DNA of 64,000 nucleotides. Source: a virus. Shown piece by piece: positions 1 to 8,746 of the stretch (positions are counted from its first letter, which is position 1; each line of letters opens with the position of its first letter). The stretch covers positions 21,083 through 85,082 of the IMG/VR virus record IMGVR_UViG_3300033512_000347; one strand, written 5' to 3'. The position numbers and the translations under genes were made by a program. The notes below the pieces were generated by a model. The model had not been told where the DNA came from. It did no database searches and saw only the letters and a list, made by a program, of their open reading frames with translations.

Positions 1-192
1 ACTCCAAAACGAAAAGTCTGTAGGCATATCTTTATACTCACTCAACACATGACCATAAGTTATGGGAGAAAATACAATATTACCTTTTGATACTTGTTCT
101 GCCGCGTATTCAGTAATTTGAATAAATCTTAATTCTCTCACATCTTTATCAGGATGTGAGTAAGGTGATGCAAGATATATAATTTTTTTCAT
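1..192 (-). CDS. DUF1937 / nucleoside 2-deoxyribosyltransferase-like protein (runs off window start; not in ORF track)
   Basis: Manual translation from ATG at 192: MKKIIYLASPYSHPDKDVRELRF...VFSPITYGH...DFSFWS; YLASPYS and FSPI..GH motifs. Confidence 0.7.
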   Translation of the reverse strand, partial: MKKIIYLASPYSHPDKDVRELRFIQITEYAAEQVSKGNIVFSPITYGHVLSEYKDMPTDFSFWS

Positions 193-193
193 A

Positions 194-478
194 TTAATAA
201 ATTTCGTATTGTAATTCTTGATTTGATAATGATTTTAAATAAAGAATAATATCATCTTTTTGTGAACAATCAAAATATGGAAAAATACTACTATCATTAT
301 CCAACCTAAATTTTTCACAAAATATTTTTCTTGATATCCCCAAAGATTCAAAAAAATTATCAACTTGATGATTCCAATGATAATCTTTACCTAATTCTCC
401 ATTTGGAATATTGGATAATTTTAAAAATTGGGTTTTTTCAAGTTTTAATTCAAATATATAACCATTAATTTCTATCAT
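194..478 (-). CDS. Hypothetical protein with C-terminal YEIY motif
   Basis: ORF track; ends QYEIY like neighbours. Confidence 0.6.
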   Translation of the reverse strand: MIEINGYIFELKLEKTQFLKLSNIPNGELGKDYHWNHQVDNFFESLGISRKIFCEKFRLDNDSSIFPYFDCSQKDDIILYLKSLSNQELQYEIY

Positions 479-480
479 AA

Positions 481-759
481 CTAATATATTTCGTATTGTG
501 GTTCATTATTTTTATTTAAAACAAGTGTTTTAAATTCTTCAAATGTTAATTCAATATAATTAGACCAACTGTTGATATTATTATATGATGCTTTATTATT
601 TTTACTATTAAACGAACAATAATAAGGATTAGAATAAGCCTTTGATGTTAAATGAAATAAGTCTAAATAGGCTTTATCAACAGCCCATTTTAAAAACTCA
701 TCGAATTCACTTTGAGATTTTAATTCAATAAACCATTTTTCTGGTAATTCTATTCTCAT
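481..759 (-). CDS. Hypothetical protein with C-terminal YEIY motif
   Basis: ORF track; LTFEEF...EPQYEIY shared with 1491..1715. Confidence 0.65.
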   Translation of the reverse strand: MRIELPEKWFIELKSQSEFDEFLKWAVDKAYLDLFHLTSKAYSNPYYCSFNSKNNKASYNNINSWSNYIELTFEEFKTLVLNKNNEPQYEIY

Positions 760-938
760 TTTACTTCAATTAAATTAGTTTTTGGATTAAAAAGAATATT
801 ATCTCCAATTATTTCATATAATACCCCTTCTTGAATGATGGTTTTACCATTATTTTTATGGGATTTTATCATTTGATAAGTTTGAGAGGTGTCTTCACAC
901 CAAATTCTTCCCTTACTTTGTTTTTTCTTAGCAGACAT
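756..938 (-). CDS. Hypothetical protein
   Basis: ORF track; coupled by ATGA/TAATG overlaps. Confidence 0.55.
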   Translation of the reverse strand: MSAKKKQSKGRIWCEDTSQTYQMIKSHKNNGKTIIQEGVLYEIIGDNILFNPKTNLIEVK

Positions 939-1114
939 TAATTTTCTTTTAACCAGTGAGTTACAATTTGGTTTGTTACACCAAAATGAGCTTTACCACT
1001 ATTAATAGTACATTTAACTTCTACTTTATGATTACCACCCATAGTGGTTTTAGTTTTAACAACATATTTTCCTTCTGCAATAGGTTGTTCTTTTTCAATG
1101 TCTATCCACTCCAT
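938..1114 (-). CDS. DUF551-like small phage protein (not in ORF track)
   Basis: Manual translation MEWIDIEKEQP...VTHWLKEN; TAATG overlap with next gene. Confidence 0.6.
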   Translation of the reverse strand: MEWIDIEKEQPIAEGKYVVKTKTTMGGNHKVEVKCTINSGKAHFGVTNQIVTHWLKEN

Positions 1115-1165
1115 AACTTATCTTATTTTAGTAAATATACGAAATAAAATTTATATAAAAATTCC

Positions 1166-1504
1166 CTAGTCTTTTAATTTAAAATATACATAAAAGAAAA
1201 TTAATATATTCAAGGCTAGATGAACTCTCCACATAGGATTACCTCCTATAATACATTTACCATCATAAAAATAAGCAATGAATATTTGTCCATAATTAGA
1301 AGCTGTCTTAAATAAATCCCCAAAAACAAACTCCATAACCATAATTGCGGCCATAATAACGATGAAAAAAGAATTATATAAAATAAATAATCCTAAGTGA
1401 GAAAAATAATCATATTTTAATGGAATCGAAAGCGTCTCTTTTAACATATTAAAAGTAACTTTAAATGATTCTAAAATAGGAAATAAGAATTTAATATACT
1501 TCAT
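1166..1504 (-). CDS. Hypothetical membrane protein
   Basis: Hydrophobic segments; start moved to MKYIK (1504) to reduce overlap. Confidence 0.5.
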   Translation of the reverse strand: MKYIKFLFPILESFKVTFNMLKETLSIPLKYDYFSHLGLFILYNSFFIVIMAAIMVMEFVFGDLFKTASNYGQIFIAYFYDGKCIIGGNPMWRVHLALNILIFFYVYFKLKD

Positions 1505-1715
1505 AATTCGGATCTTTATCTTCATTAATAAATTTTTCTTGAAATTCTTCAAATGTTAATACCGTTCCCCAATAATTATCATTTCCATGTTCAGAACCGT
1601 TTTTTATACCATAATAGGAACCAATACTCCACCTCCATCCACTTGATGTTATATATGATTGTAAGATATCTCTATTTTTATTTGTTACTTTTACACACCA
1701 ATTATTTAAATCCAT
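1491..1715 (-). CDS. Hypothetical protein with C-terminal YEVY motif
   Basis: ORF track; paralogous to 481..759. Confidence 0.65.
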   Translation of the reverse strand: MDLNNWCVKVTNKNRDILQSYITSSGWRWSIGSYYGIKNGSEHGNDNYWGTVLTFEEFQEKFINEDKDPNYEVY

Positions 1716-1733
1716 ATCCTTAATTTTATATCA

Positions 1734-1764
1734 TAAACATATGAAAGTCTTTGATAAAATCAAA
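1734..1764 (-). promoter_or_regulatory. Bacteroidota sigma70-type promoter
   Basis: Minus strand TTTG-N19-TATGTTTA; overlaps inverted repeat 1747..1767. Confidence 0.55.
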
Positions 1765-1796
1765 GACCTTCTTAAAAATATATTTTATTTTATAAT

Positions 1797-2198
1797 TTAT
1801 AGAGTTTTTGGGAAATTCTTTTCTATAAACATAAATAAATCTTCTGGTGTTCTCAAGTATATTTCTTCACCACCAGGGCCTGTTAAAAATTGTTCATCCC
1901 CAGTTTGAATGTCTATTTTTTCATATAAATAGAACTGAATTAGTTGGTATACATCATCACCCCAACTAAATAAGAATATATCATCAATTAAATTAAAAAA
2001 TGGGTCTTCATATGAAGACATATCTAGTCCAAATTGGGATTGGATTATCATAGATTTACCTAGTAATTCTTCATATTTTCTAACTATTGAACAAAAATAT
2101 GTTTTTTTCTTATTCTTTAAAGTTAAATTTTGTCGTCTAATAATCGTATCGGCTTGTAACATTTTGTTAAAACCAACCTTAAGGTTTTTAGGATCCAT
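1797..2198 (-). CDS. Hypothetical protein
   Basis: ORF track. Confidence 0.6.
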   Translation of the reverse strand: MDPKNLKVGFNKMLQADTIIRRQNLTLKNKKKTYFCSIVRKYEELLGKSMIIQSQFGLDMSSYEDPFFNLIDDIFLFSWGDDVYQLIQFYLYEKIDIQTGDEQFLTGPGGEEIYLRTPEDLFMFIEKNFPKTL

Positions 2199-2199
2199 A

Positions 2200-2493
2200 T
2201 TATTTTATTTTGGATTGTAAATCTCTCAATAGAGTAGCATTTTTGTAATCTTCTTTAGAAGCATAATATTTTTCTAATGTTTCTAATGTTGGTTTATATG
2301 ATGATTTTGGGATCATTATTTTAAAATCCTCAACAGTACAAAAAATACATTCTTTTTTATTTTTATTAACAGCTTGTGTTATAATAGGTAAGAACTTATC
2401 ATACACAACAGATTTTACCTGTTCCATGGCTAAACCTACATGAATACATTCTAATGTATCCTCTCTAAATGTTACTTTGGGGATTTTATTCAT
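2200..2493 (-). CDS. Hypothetical protein with C-terminal UVR-like motif
   Basis: EDYKNATLLRD resembles UvrB/C motif. Confidence 0.5.
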   Translation of the reverse strand: MNKIPKVTFREDTLECIHVGLAMEQVKSVVYDKFLPIITQAVNKNKKECIFCTVEDFKIMIPKSSYKPTLETLEKYYASKEDYKNATLLRDLQSKIK

Positions 2494-2494
2494 A

Positions 2495-2851
2495 TTACAT
2501 ACTCATTATTTTTTTAATAAAATCTACCAATGAATCTGTTGATATTGTAAAGTTTAATGATTTATTATTTGGATTACTTTCATCTCCAGTAATTTTCATT
2601 CTATATTTACCAAATTTCATAGTTAATGAATCTTTTAAAGAATCATGTAAACTTTTTAATTCATCTTCAGATAAATTTAATATCATATCTCCTGTTGGAT
2701 TTGTAGGAACTAATTCAAGATTAATACCTTCTTTTCCAATAGTTAATGTTACTTGGAATGTTTCACCATTTATATTTGTTTGTGTTTTTACATCACCACT
2801 TGTTTCTCCTTCTAATATAAGGGATTTTAATGTACCGTTTATTTGTGTCAT
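2495..2851 (-). CDS. Hypothetical protein
   Basis: ORF track; TATTTATA motif upstream (2865..2872). Confidence 0.55.
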   Translation of the reverse strand: MTQINGTLKSLILEGETSGDVKTQTNINGETFQVTLTIGKEGINLELVPTNPTGDMILNLSEDELKSLHDSLKDSLTMKFGKYRMKITGDESNPNNKSLNFTISTDSLVDFIKKIMSM

Positions 2852-2855
2852 ATGT

Positions 2856-3992
2856 TTATTTTTGTATAAATATTAAATCTTTAATATAATTTATCGGAGA
2901 ATGAACATATATATTAAATATATCAATTTCATATGTTTCTCCGGGGGATGTATTTGCTAATATATTTTGTAAATTTTTAATAATTTCAAAATTATTATTA
3001 TCTAGTTTAGAACCATCAAATGATACTAATATATCATTATTTTTTTCATTATCGTAGTATTTTATTCTATCAGATAAGTCAAAAGTAGTATTAGACTGTT
3101 CTTTATCCATATATGTTTTAGCCCAATATCCCATAGGGTCTCCTCCATAATATAAACAATCACACCACGGTTCAAGAATTTCTATTAACTGCTCAGTGCA
3201 GTTTTTAACTATAAAACCTACATTAAATTTATTATTTGAATTCATTGAACCCCATTTACGTAAGAAGTTACGATTTGAATTACGTTCAATGCGTTGAGTA
3301 TTTAATTTCGCTTCTTCAGTAAAACGACTTGTTTTAGATACAAAGTGATAACAGATAGCGTCTAATGAGGTAAAACAATTTAAATTTTGTAATTTAAGAC
3401 GCTTAATTAAATCATCATCTTCACTGAAATATGGGTTAAATATATTATCAAAACCTCCCATATCAAGTAATACTTTACGAGATAAAGCCATAAAGAATGT
3501 AATCCCAGGTTCTGTCTTATTTTCTTGGTTTTGTTGTTCGTAACTTACAAATTCGTGGAAGTTTTTTTCTGTGTTAAAATTCCCCAATTCTGTTCCAAAA
3601 TCTTGAATAATTTTACCAGGACGTTCATGTCCTGCAAATATAGGTGGTTCAATTGTTGTATAACTTACAACATTTTTTGGATTTAAATATTTTTCAATAT
3701 TTTCAAGAAATCCGGGAGCTACAACGATATCGTTATGTAAAAAAACAACATAATCTTTAGTAGCTAATTCAATAGCTTTATTATAAGTATCAGAGAATGT
3801 TTTACGATCTTCCTCCCAATATGTAATAGTATTAGGATCATCTAATTCATCTAACCACATATTAGTCCAATCATCACTTCCATAAGATACAAAAACCAAC
3901 TCAATAGTTGGATACACATCTCGGAATGTCTTATAAAAATGTTGAGTATAATCTAAATTATTTAAACAACCTACTAATACACTTAAATTCAT
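2856..3992 (-). CDS. Glycosyltransferase family 2
   Basis: LSVLVGCLN start, YVVFLHNDIVV (DxD-like), GGFD..F.PYFSEDDDL motif. Confidence 0.85.
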   Translation of the reverse strand: MNLSVLVGCLNNLDYTQHFYKTFRDVYPTIELVFVSYGSDDWTNMWLDELDDPNTITYWEEDRKTFSDTYNKAIELATKDYVVFLHNDIVVAPGFLENIEKYLNPKNVVSYTTIEPPIFAGHERPGKIIQDFGTELGNFNTEKNFHEFVSYEQQNQENKTEPGITFFMALSRKVLLDMGGFDNIFNPYFSEDDDLIKRLKLQNLNCFTSLDAICYHFVSKTSRFTEEAKLNTQRIERNSNRNFLRKWGSMNSNNKFNVGFIVKNCTEQLIEILEPWCDCLYYGGDPMGYWAKTYMDKEQSNTTFDLSDRIKYYDNEKNNDILVSFDGSKLDNNNFEIIKNLQNILANTSPGETYEIDIFNIYVHSPINYIKDLIFIQK

Positions 3993-4198
3993 AATTTATT
4001 TGAATAACCTTTTAATATTCTAAATTTTTTCTCAATTCTCTCCATATGAATTTCATCTTGTTCTGTAGTTGTAAAACTTACACCACTATCTTTACAATAA
4101 TATGAAGTTTGCATATATGGTATATCAAATCCTTTATAATGAACATCTTTCATCTCATTACGTATTTCCATTTCTTTACCTGTTATTGGTGATTTCAT
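3989..4198 (-). CDS. YgiT/MqsA-type zinc-finger-like protein (no HTH)
   Basis: MKSPITGKEM...YKG..I.Y....YYCKDSGVSFTT pattern. Confidence 0.55.
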   Translation of the reverse strand: MKSPITGKEMEIRNEMKDVHYKGFDIPYMQTSYYCKDSGVSFTTTEQDEIHMERIEKKFRILKGYSNKL

Positions 4199-4205
4199 AT
4201 TTCAT

Positions 4206-4418
4206 CTATAAATTAATATAATCAAAACTAGCACATTTAGGGTAGCCTTCTCTTTCTATTACATCAAAACATAATCCAAATTTATGTTCTTCATTTTTTA
4301 AACCATGCCCAGGATAACTATATCTAAACCTTTGTAAGATTTTAAGTATTCTTTGGTAATCTTCTTGATTTCTTACTTTATATGGGAATGGAGGTTTTCT
4401 TGGATTATTTACTTTCAT
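4206..4418 (-). CDS. Hypothetical protein, MKVN(N/D)P family
   Basis: Similar to 25556..25750. Confidence 0.55.
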   Translation of the reverse strand: MKVNNPRKPPFPYKVRNQEDYQRILKILQRFRYSYPGHGLKNEEHKFGLCFDVIEREGYPKCASFDYINL

Positions 4419-5277
4419 ATTCCTTTATTAAATTATAATATTGCGAACATACGTAATCTCTTTTGAATCTCCTAGTTTTCATATAATCAACTAATTCTAC
4501 TTTAAGAATTCTACCTGTTGAATCAACATCATAAGCATAGAATGGAACACCACACATATATGATTCTATTGCAACTCTACCTCTTAAACCAGCTGCAAAA
4601 TCAGCGTTTTTCAAATATTCTTCCGTGTTATACGTAGGTTCTATGTAATTTACTAGGTCTGTATTAAAATCAACCTTCCCTCGAGAGATAACGTCAAGAT
4701 ACCATCCATTTTGCTTACAATTTTGTACTAAATGATTCAACATTGGAAATCGTAACGGATCGTTAGCTTCTCCTACAAATACACCACGGGTAAATGAGTA
4801 ATTTGGTTTACCATGTATATTTTCATTAAATCTAATTGGATCAACTGGGTTATAAATAAGCTCTGATTCAATGTTATGGAAACGTTTTAATCCTTTTTTA
4901 ATATCAATTTGAACAGCAATGTATTGTTTGATACTATCATGTTTAATTGGCTCTTCACTACGAAGGATAGAGTGGATAATAGATATTTTAGGTGTGTTGG
5001 TATAACTATAATTACATAATATTGATGTTGGTTGGGGTTGTGATGTAATTATTAAGTCTATTTTTTTAGGATTATGAATTAATTCCTCTAAACTTGTTAT
5101 ATCAACTCCTAATTTTAAAATATCTTTCCATAAATGAAAATCTAAATTAGGTTTAGTTAATGTAGCTACAGTTATATCTAAATCTTTATATTGAGATAAA
5201 CCTTGAATTAATTCATGATGGAAACATTCTGAACCGCCAAGGCCATTCATATTTTGGAATGCTATTAGTAATCTCAT
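4405..5277 (-). CDS. Glycosyltransferase, GT-B/GT4-like
   Basis: MRLLIA...GLGGSE N-terminus; IYNPVD..RF; GRVAIES..CGVP C-terminal motif. Confidence 0.75.
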   Translation of the reverse strand: MRLLIAFQNMNGLGGSECFHHELIQGLSQYKDLDITVATLTKPNLDFHLWKDILKLGVDITSLEELIHNPKKIDLIITSQPQPTSILCNYSYTNTPKISIIHSILRSEEPIKHDSIKQYIAVQIDIKKGLKRFHNIESELIYNPVDPIRFNENIHGKPNYSFTRGVFVGEANDPLRFPMLNHLVQNCKQNGWYLDVISRGKVDFNTDLVNYIEPTYNTEEYLKNADFAAGLRGRVAIESYMCGVPFYAYDVDSTGRILKVELVDYMKTRRFKRDYVCSQYYNLIKEYESK

Positions 5278-5891
5278 ATTATATTTCGTTTTATGTCTCG
5301 ATTTACTTTACTACAAAGGGGTTGTAAATTTGAATAATGATTTAATTTTAGTATTTCTTCTTCTGTAGTCGCACTACTTATTGGAATAATATGATCTATA
5401 TCCCAACCGTAATTTAAATCCCCATTATATTTACCTTGGTTTTCCCAAGTCATCCAAGGTTCAAACTTCGATTCTAAATATAATTTAAATTCTTCAAAAG
5501 AACAACCCAATATTTTATAACTCCTAATATTCTTTTTACAATTTATTTTATTTAAAGATGAGTTTATAAAAGTACTTATTTGGTCTTTTAATCTAAAAAT
5601 AGGATCTTTTTTATATTTAATTCTATTATATTTCTTATGATATTCTAAAATTTTAATTTTATTATTTTGTTCATATTTTTTATTATAATTAATATAATAT
5701 TCGGGATTGTTGTCTTTCCATTTTTTATTTAATTTATAAACATGGTCTTTATTCTCCTTCCACCTTTTTTTATTATAAATACTTTGACAAAATTTACAAT
5801 ATGGTTGTTTACCATCTAATTTATTAGAATTATTATTAAAATTAAATAATTCTTGTTCTTTTTTACATTTAGTACATATTTTAGTTTTCAT
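5274..5891 (-). CDS. HNH homing endonuclease-like protein with N-terminal Zn finger
   Basis: CTKC..CKFC; WDIDHIIPISSA...NHYSNLQPLC..VN..K. Confidence 0.8.
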   Translation of the reverse strand: MKTKICTKCKKEQELFNFNNNSNKLDGKQPYCKFCQSIYNKKRWKENKDHVYKLNKKWKDNNPEYYINYNKKYEQNNKIKILEYHKKYNRIKYKKDPIFRLKDQISTFINSSLNKINCKKNIRSYKILGCSFEEFKLYLESKFEPWMTWENQGKYNGDLNYGWDIDHIIPISSATTEEEILKLNHYSNLQPLCSKVNRDIKRNII

Positions 5892-6025
5892 ATGAATAAA
5901 AAGGAGAAATTAAAGATAACTACCTTGCCGTAGTATAATCTCTAAAATCTCCTATAATGTCTTTATATAAGATGGGCAAGCATCGTTATATATAAATATA
6001 TAAAAGATAGGAAAAATTTAAATTA

Positions 6026-6637
6026 TTATAATAAACTTTGATAATCTTGTTGAAATTTCATTAATTGATTATGGGAAACTTTGGCCCTTTCTAACCCAAT
6101 TTCATTTTTCTTCAATAATCTAGCAGGATTTCCAACATATATATTTCCAGGTTCAATTTTAGTAGATTTTGTAACAACACACCCCATCCCAACGAAAGAA
6201 AAATGACCAATAATAGAAAATTGATGACATATAGAACCTAATGCCATGTTGGCCCCCTCCATAATATAAGAATGACCACCTATAAGAACATTACAACTTA
6301 AAGTACAATTATTTTTCATAATCGAATCGTGGGAGAAATGGCTGCCTCGTAACATAATATTATTATCACAGATTTCAGTGTTTTTAACTGTACCAGCATT
6401 TACTGTAACATATTCTCTAAAAACATTGTTATTACCTATAATAACTCCGAATTTATTTGAACCTCGGAAATAATCTCTATGTTCTGCAGGTGAACCTATA
6501 GAACAGAATGATTCAAATCTATTATAGTTACCTATTGTTGTATTTTTATATACAACACAATAGGGACCAATATAATTGTTATTACCAATACATGCTCCTT
6601 CTTCTATTATCGCTGTTGGGTGGATAAAATTATTCAT
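6026..6637 (-). CDS. LpxA-like hexapeptide-repeat acyltransferase
   Basis: IHPTAII..GA.IG, IGPYCVV, FREYVTVNAGT, SHFSHD (LpxA catalytic His context), VGNPARL. Confidence 0.8.
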   Translation of the reverse strand: MNNFIHPTAIIEEGACIGNNNYIGPYCVVYKNTTIGNYNRFESFCSIGSPAEHRDYFRGSNKFGVIIGNNNVFREYVTVNAGTVKNTEICDNNIMLRGSHFSHDSIMKNNCTLSCNVLIGGHSYIMEGANMALGSICHQFSIIGHFSFVGMGCVVTKSTKIEPGNIYVGNPARLLKKNEIGLERAKVSHNQLMKFQQDYQSLL

Positions 6638-7010
6638 GTTGTTTTATTTTAACAATTTCAATTAATTTTTTCAAACAATCAAGTTCTATATCTTTATATT
6701 TTTTTCTAGGACCATCTTCATATATAATTTTACTATCACCAAATGGTTTTAAGTCTGATTCACATTCAATGGTTCTTATTTTAAAATGATATCTACAAGA
6801 TCTTTGTAATATAGAAATACTGTGATGTAAATTATACTTCTCTCTAAAAAATTCAAAAGCTTGTTCCCATATTATTTTTTTAGTATGGGGTATATTATGT
6901 CGGGAATCCATTTTAAACCTCCCATCATTATAAACGTCAAAAGTTTTTTCGCTAAAACCCAACTCAATTAATTGTTTAGCTAATTCATATGGAATAAAAT
7001 ATTTTTTCAT
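6630..7010 (-). CDS. Hypothetical phage protein
   Basis: ORF track; F.PYELA..L.ELGF pattern. Confidence 0.6.
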   Translation of the reverse strand: MKKYFIPYELAKQLIELGFSEKTFDVYNDGRFKMDSRHNIPHTKKIIWEQAFEFFREKYNLHHSISILQRSCRYHFKIRTIECESDLKPFGDSKIIYEDGPRKKYKDIELDCLKKLIEIVKIKQHE

Positions 7011-7015
7011 ATTTT

Positions 7016-7660
7016 TTATTTTGTATAATCTCCAGTTTCATAACTGAGATTTTGTCTTCTTTGTCTTTCAATTTCTTTAAAATGCAAAATTGAGTAATTA
7101 TTTTCTAATGGTAATGTAGTTTTAATTCCACCACAAACTAATGTTTCATGAACTTTACCTTCCCACTTTATTCCTTTTCCATTACGAGCTATACGAAATT
7201 GGATATCAGGCCAATTTATTCTTTGTTGATCATCAATCCTCCAACCCCAATTTTGGATGTCTTGAGGAGTAATACCTTTTACAAAGTTTTGTCTTGGTAA
7301 ACCAATTACATCAACACTAGGATTTAATTCAAGAATTAATGGTAAATCATCAATTAATTGTGGAGATAATCTTTCATCAGCATCTAAAAATATTAACCAA
7401 TCTTTACATAAAGGATGTTCAATAAGTTTATTTTTCCAATTCCCAAAATGACCATCAAAATTACCACTTATAAGTTTAATTTTTCTACCCTTATGCAATT
7501 CCAACAATGAATCATGAAAACTAGTACCAGGAACACATTTATTCTCATCAACTAAAACTAGTATATTATCTTCATCACGTTTATTTATACGTAAATTTTC
7601 ATATAATTTACTAAATTCTTTTTCCTCATCAGCTACAGTGACACAATAAGTTAATCTCAT
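7016..7660 (-). CDS. Glycosyltransferase family 2
   Basis: WLIFLDADE, WPD.Q.RI, W.GKVHE motifs. Confidence 0.85.
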   Translation of the reverse strand: MRLTYCVTVADEEKEFSKLYENLRINKRDEDNILVLVDENKCVPGTSFHDSLLELHKGRKIKLISGNFDGHFGNWKNKLIEHPLCKDWLIFLDADERLSPQLIDDLPLILELNPSVDVIGLPRQNFVKGITPQDIQNWGWRIDDQQRINWPDIQFRIARNGKGIKWEGKVHETLVCGGIKTTLPLENNYSILHFKEIERQRRQNLSYETGDYTK

Positions 7661-7713
7661 ATTTATTGTTTATATTAATATATAAAAAGGAGATTACAAA
7701 TCCCCTTCCTTTT

Positions 7714-8541
7714 TTAAAATAATTTTATAATTTCTAAATTTTTAGGTTCAAAATCATCTCTACCATAATATTCATCATATTTACTATTAGTAGTAAATAC
7801 TTTATCAAAATAATCGGTAACAGGATCTTGTCCTAATTCTTGAACAGTAATGTGTGAAACAGCTAAATATAATTTACCACAGTTACGTTCTTTTAACATT
7901 TTAGCTAAACCTTTAAATGTACCACCATAAACTGAAATATCATCGATGATTAAAATATCTTTACCTCCAAAATCTTGTTTATCAATTTGTTGAGTTAATT
8001 TGGACTTACCTTCAACTAGTTTACGTGATTTAGAAGCAGAGAACGTTTCACAGGTCCAACCTAATTTATCACATAATTTCATCAGTGGTTTAAAACCACC
8101 TGCATCTGTTGACATCAAAATTAAATTATTGTCATTTTCACCTAATTCATCCCCATAACCTAATTTATGTAATACTAAACTAATAAATCTATGATTATCA
8201 ATAATTTTTACATCATCAATTAATGCTTCAGTAGCTTCTTGATTGTGTGGGTGAAATACAGTAACAGAGTTAAATTTCATTTCATTAATGAATTTACAAA
8301 CTAATTTAAGATTAGCTGGTTCGTTTTCTTCAAATCTTCTATCTGCTTGAGCATCAAATAAATTTGGAATCGTTAAATTTATCTTAACTTTATTATGGTC
8401 ACAAATATCTTTAATTTGTCTCAATTGCCATAAATCTTCATATGAATTTATACGGAAAGTTAAATTATATTCAGTTTGACCTTCGAAATCAATTTGAGTG
8501 TAAAAACTACCATCAGGATATTTAATTTTATCTATTTTCAT
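7714..8541 (-). CDS. prs: Ribose-phosphate pyrophosphokinase-like protein (candidate Adps of NARP1)
   Basis: YPDG start, AQADRRF, TDAGG, ILIIDDISVYGGTF PRPP-binding loop. Confidence 0.85.
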   Translation of the reverse strand: MKIDKIKYPDGSFYTQIDFEGQTEYNLTFRINSYEDLWQLRQIKDICDHNKVKINLTIPNLFDAQADRRFEENEPANLKLVCKFINEMKFNSVTVFHPHNQEATEALIDDVKIIDNHRFISLVLHKLGYGDELGENDNNLILMSTDAGGFKPLMKLCDKLGWTCETFSASKSRKLVEGKSKLTQQIDKQDFGGKDILIIDDISVYGGTFKGLAKMLKERNCGKLYLAVSHITVQELGQDPVTDYFDKVFTTNSKYDEYYGRDDFEPKNLEIIKLF

Positions 8542-8744
8542 ATATCAAACATTTTTAGATTATATTCTGCTTGTCTTTTACGTTTTAAAAATGCTTCTTC
8601 GGTTAATTCTATATAATCTATAAAAAAGTGACCTTGTTCTTTCTGTAATTGTTCTCTAGTTTTATTGGTTTTGATAAAACCTACAGTAAATCCTCTATCA
8701 TTAGGACCACCATCAATATATTCTCTTTTTTCAAATATTTTCAT
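8538..8744 (-). CDS. Hypothetical protein
   Basis: ORF track. Confidence 0.5.
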   Translation of the reverse strand: MKIFEKREYIDGGPNDRGFTVGFIKTNKTREQLQKEQGHFFIDYIELTEEAFLKRKRQAEYNLKMFDI

Positions 8745-8746
8745 AA

